DNA of 63,198 nt from a virus. Lineage: Duplodnaviria > Caudoviricetes. This document shows positions 19,849 through 29,879 of the stretch, piece after piece. The DNA lies in IMG/VR virus record IMGVR_UViG_3300035136_000041, positions 1-63,198 of that record; one strand, given 5' to 3'. The first letter of the stretch is position 1; each line of letters starts with the position of its first letter. Position numbers and translations under genes: made by a program. The notes below the pieces were generated by a model that saw nothing but the letters and a program-made list of their open reading frames with translations, did not search any database and was not told the origin of the DNA.

Positions 19849-20310
19849 ATGAAGTATCTAGTTGTAGCAATCATGATTGTGTATCCGTTGGCTACTTTGG
19901 CCGCAAACGTCCCCCTATCAGCCACTGATACTGGCATCTCAGCCGAGAATCTTTCAGACACACCGATGACAGATCCGATCCACATGGAAGGATCCGGCAA
20001 GCAAAGCAATCAGCTTTCGATCACGTGGGCGGTAACGCCAGGTTCGTCAACGCGAATTCAAGTCACATGCTGGACATCAAATCTGAAGACTAGCGGGTAT
20101 GGACAACGTGGATTCTGCGATAACGCCTCGCCATCCAACTGCCATCCTGACGTGCGCGAATTTACACTATCTGAGTATACTACCGTGTCTGGAAAGAAAT
20201 GGATCAAGACAGAGTGGGAGATCACGGAGGAGTGGGCGAAGTGCTCTGCTGACGATCCTGATGATGGCACTGGCACTGTCACTGCTACAGGGACGAGGAG
20301 TGAGCGATGA
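19849..20310 (+). CDS. Predicted exported protein with signal peptide
   Basis: MKYLVVAIMIVYPLATLA N-terminus; four Cys. Confidence 0.65.
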   Translation: MKYLVVAIMIVYPLATLAANVPLSATDTGISAENLSDTPMTDPIHMEGSGKQSNQLSITWAVTPGSSTRIQVTCWTSNLKTSGYGQRGFCDNASPSNCHPDVREFTLSEYTTVSGKKWIKTEWEITEEWAKCSADDPDDGTGTVTATGTRSER

Positions 20311-21701
20311 GTAATAGGCAATTTATTTGCTATCTGCTTGTGATGGGGTGCATATTCCTCTTATGCTCAACAGCCTCAAGGGCCACCAGCGACCGCTCTC
20401 GAGGCGGTGGAGGAGGTGTACTAGCAGATGGGACTTGCCTCACCGATCTGGATCTTGACACGCATAAGCTCTACGGGGATTACTCGGCCGACTCAAACAC
20501 ATACATCTATCGCAGTGGTGCTGATGAGTGGACCATGGTGGCTGGTGGAGTTGATGCGGCTATCTGTGACGCCTCCTATTGCACGTTTGCTAGTGGGCCT
20601 ATGATAGGCGCATCGATTCCATTTGCAGATGCCGCAGGGACGTTGACCTTACAAAACGTCGACGCGCTGGACGGGACTACCTTAGCCACCATCGTAGCAG
20701 CCATCAGCAGCAACGGATCCGAGTACGACGATGATGTCTCAGTGTGCTGGGGCGACGATGATGACTTCTGCATCGAGCACGATACGGACGGCACTCCTGA
20801 TAGACTGCGTCTCACCCAGGCAGACTGCGATGGATCGCCATGCGCTCCGTTGGAGTTTTACAAGGAGGGGGGGACCAATGTAGTAGCCATACGAGCATCA
20901 TCGGTAACGAACCCGGACGCTAAGATGACATTTGGACCGCCTGGAGCGTCGAGCTATGGCTTGGGGGCTAATGATTCGCATTTTACGGGGAAGGTGGAGA
21001 TTACTGGTAATTTTTACGCAGGCAACGCGTCATATGTCGGCAATGTATGGCTTTCGGGCGGGGAAATATTCGGAGCAACAAATTTTGGTGTTATAAAACC
21101 GAACTTATATACACAGACTATTAATACCCTCGCTTTATTGACCGGATCTGACTCGAACTATATTTTCATCGGGTCCTATGATGACAGTGGGACTAACTTT
21201 GGTATAACAAAACCGAATGACAACGCAGTCATAATACAAAGTATCGACGAGACGGATGTAACAAAACACTCTGTATTATTTTGGAACCGCCTCGCCTTAG
21301 GGGGCGATGGTGGAGGTCTCGGTTGTATCAATCAGACCTTCGCCTACGACGACTTCGTGGACGGTGGAGGCGTAGTTGGAACGCTCGTGCTCGACGAAGG
21401 TATCCCGAACGGCGCGGTTGTGCAACGCGCGATCCTGCATACCCTTGTTCCAGGATTTACTGGCGGTGCGAATTCGACGGCGACTGTGCAGATAGGTGAT
21501 GGTACCGATCCAGATCGGTACAATACTGGCACACCAGACATCTACACGACCAACGCAAGTGGCGTCGATTTGGGTGTTCCGTCCGGTACAGCCTGGCACG
21601 ACGATGCAAAGAACGTAACAGTCACCGCCACGGTCGACAATGATTGGAGTACGATTTCAGCCGGGGAGGCAACGGTGGTTGTCTGTTACTGGGCACCATA
21701 A
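20307..21701 (+). CDS. Predicted exported, Gly/Asp/Cys-rich fibre-like protein
   Basis: MSNRQFICYLLVMGCIFLLCSTASRA N-terminus; beta-rich C-terminal domain. Confidence 0.65.
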   Translation: MSNRQFICYLLVMGCIFLLCSTASRATSDRSRGGGGGVLADGTCLTDLDLDTHKLYGDYSADSNTYIYRSGADEWTMVAGGVDAAICDASYCTFASGPMIGASIPFADAAGTLTLQNVDALDGTTLATIVAAISSNGSEYDDDVSVCWGDDDDFCIEHDTDGTPDRLRLTQADCDGSPCAPLEFYKEGGTNVVAIRASSVTNPDAKMTFGPPGASSYGLGANDSHFTGKVEITGNFYAGNASYVGNVWLSGGEIFGATNFGVIKPNLYTQTINTLALLTGSDSNYIFIGSYDDSGTNFGITKPNDNAVIIQSIDETDVTKHSVLFWNRLALGGDGGGLGCINQTFAYDDFVDGGGVVGTLVLDEGIPNGAVVQRAILHTLVPGFTGGANSTATVQIGDGTDPDRYNTGTPDIYTTNASGVDLGVPSGTAWHDDAKNVTVTATVDNDWSTISAGEATVVVCYWAP

Positions 21702-21714
21702 AGGAGGGATTACC

Positions 21715-22059
21715 ATGTTGAGGTTTATCTGTGGTTGTATCGTAGGCATTGTTCTTGGTACGTGCGTTTACGCATTAGCCGTGAGCACATCAAAGGGCTA
21801 CACAGTATTCAAAAGCGTGCCAATAACTAATCCTGTCGCCGTCGACATATTCGCCAGAGGCGTTACGGCTGCGTGTAGCGACATAGACACTGAGGCTGAA
21901 GCAACGCCAGGAACATGCGCAGCGCACATGGCTACTCCGACAGCGGGATCGTGTATCAGCATATGCGCGGTCGATACCGATGGAGATGGGGTGTCAGATG
22001 TGGCTCATGCGACAGCAACGTTTATGATGCCAGGCGATTTCGAGGTGAGCTCGCCTTAG
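21715..22059 (+). CDS. Predicted exported/membrane Cys-rich protein
   Basis: AAGGAGG before ATG; MLRFICGCIVGIVLGTCVYALA. Confidence 0.65.
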   Translation: MLRFICGCIVGIVLGTCVYALAVSTSKGYTVFKSVPITNPVAVDIFARGVTAACSDIDTEAEATPGTCAAHMATPTAGSCISICAVDTDGDGVSDVAHATATFMMPGDFEVSSP

Positions 22060-22072
22060 AGTAGGACTGGTC

Positions 22073-22360
22073 ATGGCAACACAACGTAGGGGACTGAAAT
22101 GGTGGGGGGCTGTTATTGGGATCGTAGTTGGTCTGCTCACCATTGCCGTGCTCAGCTTGACGTTGTGTAGCCAGATGAATCTTGCTTCGCCGGTCAGCGC
22201 CGCAACGAAGGATGAGCTAGCCGAAGTCAAAACGAGGGTTGATGCGACAGACGATCGCATCGATGCGCTGGAGAAAACACTCGCGGAAATGGATGGCAAA
22301 CTTGATACGGTCATCCGCTTGCTGCGCGATAAACGGGTTGACGAACGTCACAGAAGGTGA
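22073..22360 (+). CDS. Membrane protein with coiled coil (lysis cassette)
   Basis: One TM segment then coiled coil, directly before the amidase. Confidence 0.55.
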   Translation: MATQRRGLKWWGAVIGIVVGLLTIAVLSLTLCSQMNLASPVSAATKDELAEVKTRVDATDDRIDALEKTLAEMDGKLDTVIRLLRDKRVDERHRR

Positions 22361-22372
22361 GATAACTGCGGC

Positions 22373-22975
22373 ATGAGACTTCTGCACGATCCAGGGCACG
22401 GCGGGCATAACCGAGGACTTCAATACGCCGGGTTCGTTGAGCGTAGGTGGGTAGTAGACTTCAGTCACTTCCTGATGGATAGGCTATCGGCCTTGTGTAA
22501 ATACCAGTGCATGGCTAGAACATCTGACGATTACATTCGCTACACCGTCAGGGCTCGTCGAGCTGCCGAGTGGAAAGCAGACCTGGCATTCTTGCATCAT
22601 GTCAATGGGTTGTTCTACAAGGAAGATCATCACAGAGCTGGGCAGGGCAATCCACACGGGAGCGGAACGATTTGCTTTGTCGCACCCGAAGATGAACTCT
22701 CCCACCGCGTAGCTGAGGCTTTGATTAAAGGCTTGCCGAAAGAGCTGTGGAGAAAGAAAGACTACCTGATTACGGCCAATCCAGATGATTGGACCGAGAA
22801 CGCCTACGGGCACCTCCATCATTACACTAATAAAGGAATCCCCACAATCCTGATCGAGTGGGGGTTTGCTACTAATGATGCAGATCGTAGAGCGTTGCAG
22901 AACGACAAGGTTCGTGATGGCATGGCCAAGGCTGCTGCCGAGGCCGTTCTAAAATTCAGGGAGTTAAGAGGGTGA
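22373..22975 (+). CDS. Endolysin, N-acetylmuramoyl-L-alanine amidase (Amidase_3-type)
   Basis: HDPGHGG...E; FLHHVN; PTILIEWGFATN. Confidence 0.88.
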   Translation: MRLLHDPGHGGHNRGLQYAGFVERRWVVDFSHFLMDRLSALCKYQCMARTSDDYIRYTVRARRAAEWKADLAFLHHVNGLFYKEDHHRAGQGNPHGSGTICFVAPEDELSHRVAEALIKGLPKELWRKKDYLITANPDDWTENAYGHLHHYTNKGIPTILIEWGFATNDADRRALQNDKVRDGMAKAAAEAVLKFRELRG

Positions 22976-22976
22976 C

Positions 22977-23231
22977 ATGAAGGATTCGATCAAATCCGTG
23001 GCTTGGAAGTACGTAGGGGCAATGTTCCTCGAGCAGAAAGATGGGGGTATGGCTGTCAGTCTTGGCCGCGTACTCTTGTTGTCTGTGGTTGGTGTTGCTA
23101 TGTGGAAATGGGGGCATGATGCCAATCCACCGGATACGATGATGAAGGTCTTGTACACGCTCTTTGGGTACGTATTCGGGACGAAGGTGGTGACTGCTGT
23201 GCAAGACATTGTTGGTAAGGCCAAACAATGA
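22977..23231 (+). CDS. Putative holin
   Basis: 84 aa with two hydrophobic segments, following the endolysin. Confidence 0.6.
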   Translation: MKDSIKSVAWKYVGAMFLEQKDGGMAVSLGRVLLLSVVGVAMWKWGHDANPPDTMMKVLYTLFGYVFGTKVVTAVQDIVGKAKQ

Positions 23232-23533
23232 AGCAGCTCAAGGCAATCATCTTGACTGCACTGGTCGGAGTTGTGTCTGGCGCACTATTCGTCTGGCAGA
23301 TTCTCAGAAGCAAGATGACGACTAGGTCGGAAGTCAAGCGGATGGAAAAAGAGGCCAAACGAACCGACGAGAAAGCTAAGCGTCGAATCAGAGAGTCAGA
23401 AGCCAGAGCTAGCGCTGACACTCTAAGAGACAGGATAAAGGCCGAGGAGAAACGCAATGCTACCGACACTAGTCTTTCTGCTGTCCACGATCGCCTCGAC
23501 AGAGAATCTCGAATTCGTCGATCCAATCGCTGA
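23228..23533 (+). CDS. Putative inner-membrane spanin-like protein
   Basis: N-terminal TM plus charged coiled coil in the lysis cassette. Confidence 0.55.
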   Translation: MKQLKAIILTALVGVVSGALFVWQILRSKMTTRSEVKRMEKEAKRTDEKAKRRIRESEARASADTLRDRIKAEEKRNATDTSLSAVHDRLDRESRIRRSNR

Positions 23534-23957
23534 GGAGGATGTTTGGACAGCACCAGCTTTGCCGGAGTGGCCTGCCGATCTCCCCCCAAAGCTGGAAGTA
23601 CCGAAAGAAGCCGAATGCTTTCTCAAGGGCGACGTATGGTCCATGGATGAATGGGTCCTCGGAGAGGGGCTGTACATTCCCAAGCCAAGAGGCGACGCTG
23701 AGGGTGCACTCCTCAGTGCTTGTCTCGATATGCCCGAGCTCGTGCAAATGCAGCTCGATCGCATTCGCAGGGAAGTCTTGTCAGATTTTGTCTCAGAGGA
23801 GGTTGACCGTCATGTCTCCCGGGCCCAGGCCGACATGATGCAGGAGCAGGAATCGGGCGGATTCCTATCAGGGCTCGCTTTGACTGTGGTGATCGTAGCC
23901 ACCGCATTGGGATTTGCAGCTGGGACCCTGCTCGGCGGATACGTCATCGCTCATTGA
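23457..23957 (+). CDS. Membrane protein overlapping the spanin-like gene
   Basis: GAGGAG before ATG; signal-like N-terminus and C-terminal TM. Confidence 0.55.
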   Translation: MLPTLVFLLSTIASTENLEFVDPIAEEDVWTAPALPEWPADLPPKLEVPKEAECFLKGDVWSMDEWVLGEGLYIPKPRGDAEGALLSACLDMPELVQMQLDRIRREVLSDFVSEEVDRHVSRAQADMMQEQESGGFLSGLALTVVIVATALGFAAGTLLGGYVIAH

Positions 23958-25153
23958 ATAGCACATCTGGTCAAAACAGTCTGGGCAATTCCCTTGTACT
24001 CGTTGTGCTTCTTGACCGTAGCTTTGACTTTGTAGGTCTGACCAATCTCGAGATCTGGATCATTTGAGGAGAACCAAGTCGCCTGATTACCTTCGCCCTC
24101 GATGAATCGATAGACACTAACCGTGCCATAGTCTCCTTCAATAACGCGGCAACCTACAACAGTCAGCTCGAAAACTTCACGCTTCTTGACGACGCCAAAA
24201 TGGTTACTAGCGGCTTGGGCACGCCGTCTCTCGACCTCGCGTTCGATGTGGCGGCGATACGATACCAAGATCGAGCAAGTGATTCCGAGCAGCTTGACGG
24301 GCACTGAAGTCATACTCGCCACGGTCCGCACGTTGTAGAGATAGTCGCTGTCGGTCCCTTCACCGGCTGTGGCAGCCCACTGCCAGGCTTGCTCGGCCTC
24401 GGTGCGATCTTTGTCCTCGACCCGACGACGCAGCCAATCCGCGCAATCCTCGCCGTCCCTTGTCTTTCCGATCGCGAAGTAATCGCGTTGGACCTCGTCG
24501 GCGGTCGCTTCGCAAGGCATATCACTATCACGTGCTGCGGTGCGACTCAGCCAACCGTGCTCGCGGATGGCAACGATGGTGCGGCTCAGTACGTCGATTG
24601 GGTCGAGCCTGACCGCTTCACGCGAGCCATGAAAGCCTTCCTCTTCTTCGAGCAGGCCGGCCACGTCGATCATGTATTGGCACTCAGCAGCGGCCCTGCG
24701 GGGATCATGACCGCCCAAGAAGTCGGCTAGACAGTTGCGCCCGACTACTTGCCACTTGCTATTAGTGTCATGCAACGCAAATGTGTCGGTTCGCTGGCGG
24801 TGTGTGCGGCAGTGATCGCAGCGGCCTGGCTCGACATCGCGGAGCTCAACCGGTACCGTTTCTCCGGGCACGTTGGCAATGATCACCATGCCGTCCACAT
24901 GCATCAGCTTGGCAGCCAACGTCCACCCATCGACGCGCGGGGGTTCGCCGAGGACTTCGACGTCGCGCTTGCGCAGGATAACGTCTTTCCCATCGAAGCG
25001 CGTTTTGACGTCGTACGGTTCCCCGATGTGCAGCTCGATCGGTTGACAGCCTAGCTTGACGGCTCGTCGATTGATCTTGTCGACCTTGTGCTGGAGTTCG
25101 GGGATCCGATAGTCAAGCACTTGATACGTCTTTGTTTGATTTGTCTGTGTCAT
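23951..25153 (-). CDS. Hypothetical protein with Zn-binding motif and C-terminal OB-fold-like domain
   Basis: CDHC...VGRNCL; NQATWFSS...KVKATVKKHNEYKGIAQTVLTR; AGGAG before 25153 (alternative start 25177). Confidence 0.7.
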   Translation of the reverse strand: MTQTNQTKTYQVLDYRIPELQHKVDKINRRAVKLGCQPIELHIGEPYDVKTRFDGKDVILRKRDVEVLGEPPRVDGWTLAAKLMHVDGMVIIANVPGETVPVELRDVEPGRCDHCRTHRQRTDTFALHDTNSKWQVVGRNCLADFLGGHDPRRAAAECQYMIDVAGLLEEEEGFHGSREAVRLDPIDVLSRTIVAIREHGWLSRTAARDSDMPCEATADEVQRDYFAIGKTRDGEDCADWLRRRVEDKDRTEAEQAWQWAATAGEGTDSDYLYNVRTVASMTSVPVKLLGITCSILVSYRRHIEREVERRRAQAASNHFGVVKKREVFELTVVGCRVIEGDYGTVSVYRFIEGEGNQATWFSSNDPDLEIGQTYKVKATVKKHNEYKGIAQTVLTRCAIQ

Positions 25154-25177
25154 CGTTTCTCCTGTATGCCTTGTCAT

Positions 25178-25250
25178 ACATACAGTCTAGACGATCGAGC
25201 ACAGTGTGTCAAATAAATCTACAGGGAGATGTCGATTTTGTACAGTGTGT
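25178..25250 (-). promoter_or_regulatory. Early sigma70-type promoter with conserved upstream element, copy 1
   Basis: ACAAAATCG..TGTAGATTTAT-TTGACA-N17-TAGACT-N6-ATG on the minus strand. Confidence 0.8.
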
Positions 25251-25445
25251 GGGTACACACCTACATATCGTTATCGGTGGGATTCTGCTTGTCCAAGTAG
25301 ACGCACTTCTCCTCCGCCACCCAAGGACAATACCCCAGGAAGGCGCGCATCCTCTGAGCAATACCGATACCTGCCATCAGCCCGACTACGAATGCGGCCG
25401 AGTACGAGAACCAAATCCAGATCCAAACTGAGAGTTCCTCACCCG

Positions 25446-25895
25446 TCATAGCCGGCCGGCCCTTTCTTCCTTGTGGATCTCGATGGCGCGTTCTCGAGTG
25501 ACTGGCTTTTCGGCCACACACCGATCCCGGGCTCGCTTCCATCGATCGTACTCATCCGCAGTGACGGAGATGAGATTCAGCTTTCCGAAATGCAGTGACC
25601 CACAATCACTGCCATCACGATCGTCTGCCAAATCCCAGAGCATTGACACGAAAAACTCGTCGTCAAAATCTGCTACGACTACGAGGTCGACGTCGCTGTC
25701 TGGCTTGGGGGTGCCATACACACGGCTACCGGTGACGAATGGTAGTCGTTTTGTTTCCTCGAGCTTCTTCTCGAGCTCCGCGATCCGTCGCCGAGCTCTT
25801 GCGATAGGTGTGTCAGGCTCACAGCCAGGACAACTTTTGTCTCGGCACGTGACGAGATGAGTCGAAAATGTGGCCCGTTTTACGAATGCTGACAT
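25446..25895 (-). CDS. Minimal nucleotidyltransferase (Pol-beta superfamily)
   Basis: VTGSRVYGTPKPDSDVDLVV (GS...DxD). Confidence 0.75.
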   Translation of the reverse strand: MSAFVKRATFSTHLVTCRDKSCPGCEPDTPIARARRRIAELEKKLEETKRLPFVTGSRVYGTPKPDSDVDLVVVADFDDEFFVSMLWDLADDRDGSDCGSLHFGKLNLISVTADEYDRWKRARDRCVAEKPVTRERAIEIHKEERAGRL

Positions 25896-26022
25896 ACCAA
25901 TCACCCCGAGCACATCGCCATCGCCACCATGAGCGCGATGATCCCGACCGCAAATAGAAATCCGAAAAGCATCGGCTCAGTGACCTCGTCACGGATGAAA
26001 TATTGGATCCTGCTTTTGAGTT

Positions 26023-26313
26023 TCATCGTCTTTCTCCCGCTTTTTTGAATCGTTCCTCAAGTCGCGCCATCCTCTGGCGGACCTCGTCCATCTCTCGCTG
26101 TAGAGGTGCGAGGCTATTGATTTTTTGCTCGGCGGTACCGAGACGGTGATTGATTTGCCCAAGAACCGCATCGATCGCGTCAATCCTCTCTGTGATATCG
26201 GTCGTCCCGCGCGACGGTGCACGCATGTGATTCCCGCAGCCCCGACATACATACAACCCTTTGCTGAGGATCATGTCGTTGCCACACTTGAGGCATGAGA
26301 TAATGCGGCTCAT
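26023..26313 (-). CDS. Zn-ribbon/coiled-coil protein
   Basis: CLKCG...CRGCG followed by heptad repeats. Confidence 0.6.
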   Translation of the reverse strand: MSRIISCLKCGNDMILSKGLYVCRGCGNHMRAPSRGTTDITERIDAIDAVLGQINHRLGTAEQKINSLAPLQREMDEVRQRMARLEERFKKAGERR

Positions 26314-26521
26314 CTTACTGCTCGACTTTCACACCGCCCAGCCCTTGAGCGATGTTGTTGGCCGCCGCATGGGCGAGCTTGGCAAGTAGAGCGCGGTCAC
26401 AATTGAGGTAAGCTGACACATGTCGATTGATGCCTTCCTCGATCTGACGCGCCAAGTCATTTTTCGAGATTGTCAGTTGCTCGTCCATCTCATCTACTCC
26501 ACTGGGGGTGATTCGTCCGTG

Positions 26522-26911
26522 CTACTCGTCGTCGCAATCGCGATCTGGCCCGACATCCGACTCACCTCGTACCCATGCGGCGCAAGCAGCCTCCGCATCC
26601 TCCGTCGTCGCGTAAACCCACCTTTCATAGGACTCGTCGTGCCAGGCCCACCACCGCGCTTTCAAATCCTGCACCTCTATCCGTGCGTTGGCGACGGCCT
26701 GCGCGCAGAGTTCGCGCGCCCTCACATCGGCGTCTATGTGCTCGGGCACGATGCCTAGGGTCTCGAGCTCGGCGCGGTGCTCGCCAACCTCGGCCATGTC
26801 GGTCAGGCCGCTGGCGAGGGCGACGTCGCACAGCGCTACTTGCAGGGTGTCGCCTGCCTGGGCCGCCTCGTTGCGCAGGGTCTCAATCTGATAATCGGTA
26901 ACTTCTCTCAT
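26522..26911 (-). CDS. Hypothetical protein
   Basis: AAGGAG before ATG; coherent ORF. Confidence 0.6.
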   Translation of the reverse strand: MREVTDYQIETLRNEAAQAGDTLQVALCDVALASGLTDMAEVGEHRAELETLGIVPEHIDADVRARELCAQAVANARIEVQDLKARWWAWHDESYERWVYATTEDAEAACAAWVRGESDVGPDRDCDDE

Positions 26912-26930
26912 CGTCGTCTCCTTTTACACG

Positions 26931-27380
26931 TTAGAATTTGGATCTGCGATTACCCTCGGTCGCCGAGGCGGGGTCCGCCGGGCTACCGTACACGTCGTAG
27001 GACCGACTGTAGTCGCCTAGGTCCTCGAGATCGAGCACATCCAAAGGGTTGCGGTCAGCACCTACTTGCTCGCGGTCAGTGCGGAGGTCACGCCGCAGGC
27101 GGGCGTCGTCCAGTTTGGCTTGCTGCTCGGACGACAGCTCGATTTTGGCGGACTCGCCGCGTACGAGGCGACCGCCCTTGATCACCCAACATCCACCGTC
27201 GGAGTCGGTGATCTCGAGCTCGTAGCCCCGCAGCCTCTTGGCTACACCGGCCGCCTGTTGTTTGGTGAGGCCGGTCTTAGCGGCCGGGAGCTTGGTGCCA
27301 GCCACGTCGCCGGAGGTGCCGCTGCGCAGTGCTGTAGGGGTGATTGTCCAGGTGAGCTGCTTTTTGTTTTGTGTCGTCAT
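26931..27380 (-). CDS. Hypothetical protein, probably leaderless
   Basis: ATG 6 nt after a -10 box, no ribosome-binding site. Confidence 0.6.
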   Translation of the reverse strand: MTTQNKKQLTWTITPTALRSGTSGDVAGTKLPAAKTGLTKQQAAGVAKRLRGYELEITDSDGGCWVIKGGRLVRGESAKIELSSEQQAKLDDARLRRDLRTDREQVGADRNPLDVLDLEDLGDYSRSYDVYGSPADPASATEGNRRSKF

Positions 27381-27454
27381 GATCCTAGTATCGTCGATTC
27401 GGGCTCGTTGTGCAATAAAAATCTACAGGTGGATGTCGATTTTGTACGGTGTGT
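27381..27454 (-). promoter_or_regulatory. Early promoter with conserved upstream element, copy 2
   Basis: ACAAAATCG..TGTAGATTTTTA-TTGCAC-N17-GATACT-N6-ATG. Confidence 0.7.
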
Positions 27455-27763
27455 ACTACTTTGTCCTACACGCTACTGAATCTCCATCCACAGCCCGGCC
27501 CGCGAGCAAATCTCCCTGAGAGCTGGGCACCCTAGGCCCGGCCTTGACTGGCACTGACAGCCCCTCTGATGGCGCGCCGTCCACCTCTCTCTTAGCTGAC
27601 GTAGAGCCATCTCCCCACGCGCTTCGATAATCTCTTGGTCGATATCGCATATCGACGACGACGAGCACCGATCCACCGAGTATATCGAGCACTGGTTTGA
27701 CTGCTGTAGCTGCATCGATCAGCACCTCCTGCCTGACGATTGTCTCATATCCACTTGGCCACC

Positions 27764-28648
27764 TCACTTTGATCGCATAGGCATTTGATCCCATACTCTT
27801 CCCAGGACTTTCGGCATCTTGACAACCTGTCCGCCTTCGTGTGCTTGTTTCACAAATACAGGTATGTCGCTATCGACACATTGCCTAACAATGCCCGCAA
27901 TCCATTGATTGTCGCACTCGCGACGTCGAGGTCCTGACTCGGACCCTATGATTAGCCAATCAGCTTCGGAGTGACAATTCTCATTCATGGTGCCGCTGTA
28001 GACACGTCTGAGATCTATCGGCCCCAAAAGCGGCTCGAGCGAGAGGAAACGTAGGACGGCTGGAGTCCTGCGTAGATCTGGCCACAAACGTTCGAGGTCT
28101 GATTGTGTTGATGCTGACACTCCGAGCAAGACATTAGGTAAAGGCCACTGTAAGCATCCCCATTGTTTTGCAATCAAACGACCTGCTTCTTCGACAGAAT
28201 CAATAGCATAACTAGCAACTACCTTTGCTGTCCTACTATCACCCAATCTGAAATAGTTAGAATATTCAGGTGCTGGCAAACATTCTGATGTTTGTTGAAA
28301 CCATCGCCTCATTCTGTCTGGTCGTTTTGTGAGAACCAAATATGTATGGTTTGGAGTGGCTGCCATCACTCCAAAGATTGCCGCAATGTCTTCACTGCTA
28401 ACCTCTTTATGAAACAGATCCCCCATTGAACAGACGAATATCCCCTTACGCGGATTTCTCCATCGCAGTGGTTGGGTGAATCTATCACGATGCAACGTCA
28501 CCTTGAATGGATCGTCTGCCGGATATCCACATCTACCACGCAGACGTTTTGCCATTCGCTCGGCGTAGCAATTTTTGCAGCCGGTAGCTATTTTGGTGCA
28601 TCCTGTTACAGGATTCCAGACCTCATCAGTCCATTCGATCTTAGTCAT
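27764..28648 (-). CDS. Phage Gp37/Gp68 (DUF5131) radical-SAM-like protein
   Basis: TKIEWTDEVWNPVTGCTKIATGCKNCYA, FVCSMGDLFH, LTKRP, FLSLEPLLGP, GSESGP, FVKQ. Confidence 0.92.
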   Translation of the reverse strand: MTKIEWTDEVWNPVTGCTKIATGCKNCYAERMAKRLRGRCGYPADDPFKVTLHRDRFTQPLRWRNPRKGIFVCSMGDLFHKEVSSEDIAAIFGVMAATPNHTYLVLTKRPDRMRRWFQQTSECLPAPEYSNYFRLGDSRTAKVVASYAIDSVEEAGRLIAKQWGCLQWPLPNVLLGVSASTQSDLERLWPDLRRTPAVLRFLSLEPLLGPIDLRRVYSGTMNENCHSEADWLIIGSESGPRRRECDNQWIAGIVRQCVDSDIPVFVKQAHEGGQVVKMPKVLGRVWDQMPMRSK

Positions 28649-29879
28649 CGACGATCTCCCCATCGCAAATCACGATCGAGCACCCAGCCCCATCGTCACT
28701 CACCCTCTCAAGCCAGATTTGAGCGTCGTGCTCCTCAGCCATCTGGGCCATGATCTTGAGACCCTCTTCATCAAGACGTGACCCATCACGTATACGTAGC
28801 ACGTTGAGCTTGGGGTTCATCGCCAATCCAATAGCCGTTGACACGCGCAATCGTTGACCATGGCTAGCTTGCTCGAACGGCACCTCATCGAAAGTCACCC
28901 CATCATCTGTAGCCGCGAGACCTTTGATTGGGTACTTGGCGTTTGCTGTTGCGTCGGCCTTCACCTCGTCGATCTGATGAATATAATTCGTCAGTCGATC
29001 CGATTCAGCCATCTGCTCTTTAAGCTCTGTCTCGAGACGGCGCCGTTCCTTCATGGATCGCACTGCGGCGTTTGTCTGCTCGGCGGTGGCAATCTTCTCG
29101 CGGATTTCGTCGAGGTCTTCATCGACAAGCGTCTTCACTTCGCCGGCTAGACGTTTGCCTTCGTCGGACGTGACCTTGAATTCTTCGCGAAGCTTAGCCA
29201 GCTTCTCCTCTGTCCGCTTGATTTCCTCGAGGAGACTTTTCGCGGTAGACCGCAACCCGTCGAGCATTTGCCGTTGCTCAGCGTTCGCCGCATTCACTTC
29301 CCTGCGGCGATCAATCTCCTTGGTGAGCTCGGCGACCGAGACTTCTTCATCCGGCACCTTGGCTCTTGGTGGCAGCTTCGAGATCGCCCCTTGTAGACGT
29401 TTGATCTCGCGCCCCACCTCGGTACGTTTATCGTATGCTTCCTTACGCTTCTCGTTCTCAGCGGTAAAGTCGAGCCCGACGAGCTTACGCAGAGTCTCAG
29501 CTTGCTTCTTCGGAGGCATGCGTTCGAACTCGAGGGGATCGAAGCTGATCGGTGAAGTGATCTCATCGAACAATTGTTGCGGTGATGTGATCCGCGAGCC
29601 ATCCTTCGCATCGACTTTGAGGTATTCACCTTTCTCTGTGATCGTCAGCCTCGCGACGAACTCATCTGTCTCCATAACGATATTGGATTTGTCGTCACCA
29701 TGACGGATTGGGTCGCGTGGTATGCGTTTCTTGCCGCCGAGAATAGCATCGATCGCAGATAGGACGCTTGTCTTCCCACTTCCATTGACCCCGCCAATGA
29801 CGACCAGAGATCCATCTGGTTCGATCTCGGCGGTCTTGATCTTCATGAATGACTTGATATCGAGTCTTGTAATTTTCAT
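28641..29879 (-). CDS. SMC/RecN-like ABC ATPase
   Basis: Walker A GVNGSGKTS, long coiled coil, QASHGQ signature, IRDGSRLD. Confidence 0.88.
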   Translation of the reverse strand: MKITRLDIKSFMKIKTAEIEPDGSLVVIGGVNGSGKTSVLSAIDAILGGKKRIPRDPIRHGDDKSNIVMETDEFVARLTITEKGEYLKVDAKDGSRITSPQQLFDEITSPISFDPLEFERMPPKKQAETLRKLVGLDFTAENEKRKEAYDKRTEVGREIKRLQGAISKLPPRAKVPDEEVSVAELTKEIDRRREVNAANAEQRQMLDGLRSTAKSLLEEIKRTEEKLAKLREEFKVTSDEGKRLAGEVKTLVDEDLDEIREKIATAEQTNAAVRSMKERRRLETELKEQMAESDRLTNYIHQIDEVKADATANAKYPIKGLAATDDGVTFDEVPFEQASHGQRLRVSTAIGLAMNPKLNVLRIRDGSRLDEEGLKIMAQMAEEHDAQIWLERVSDDGAGCSIVICDGEIVDD

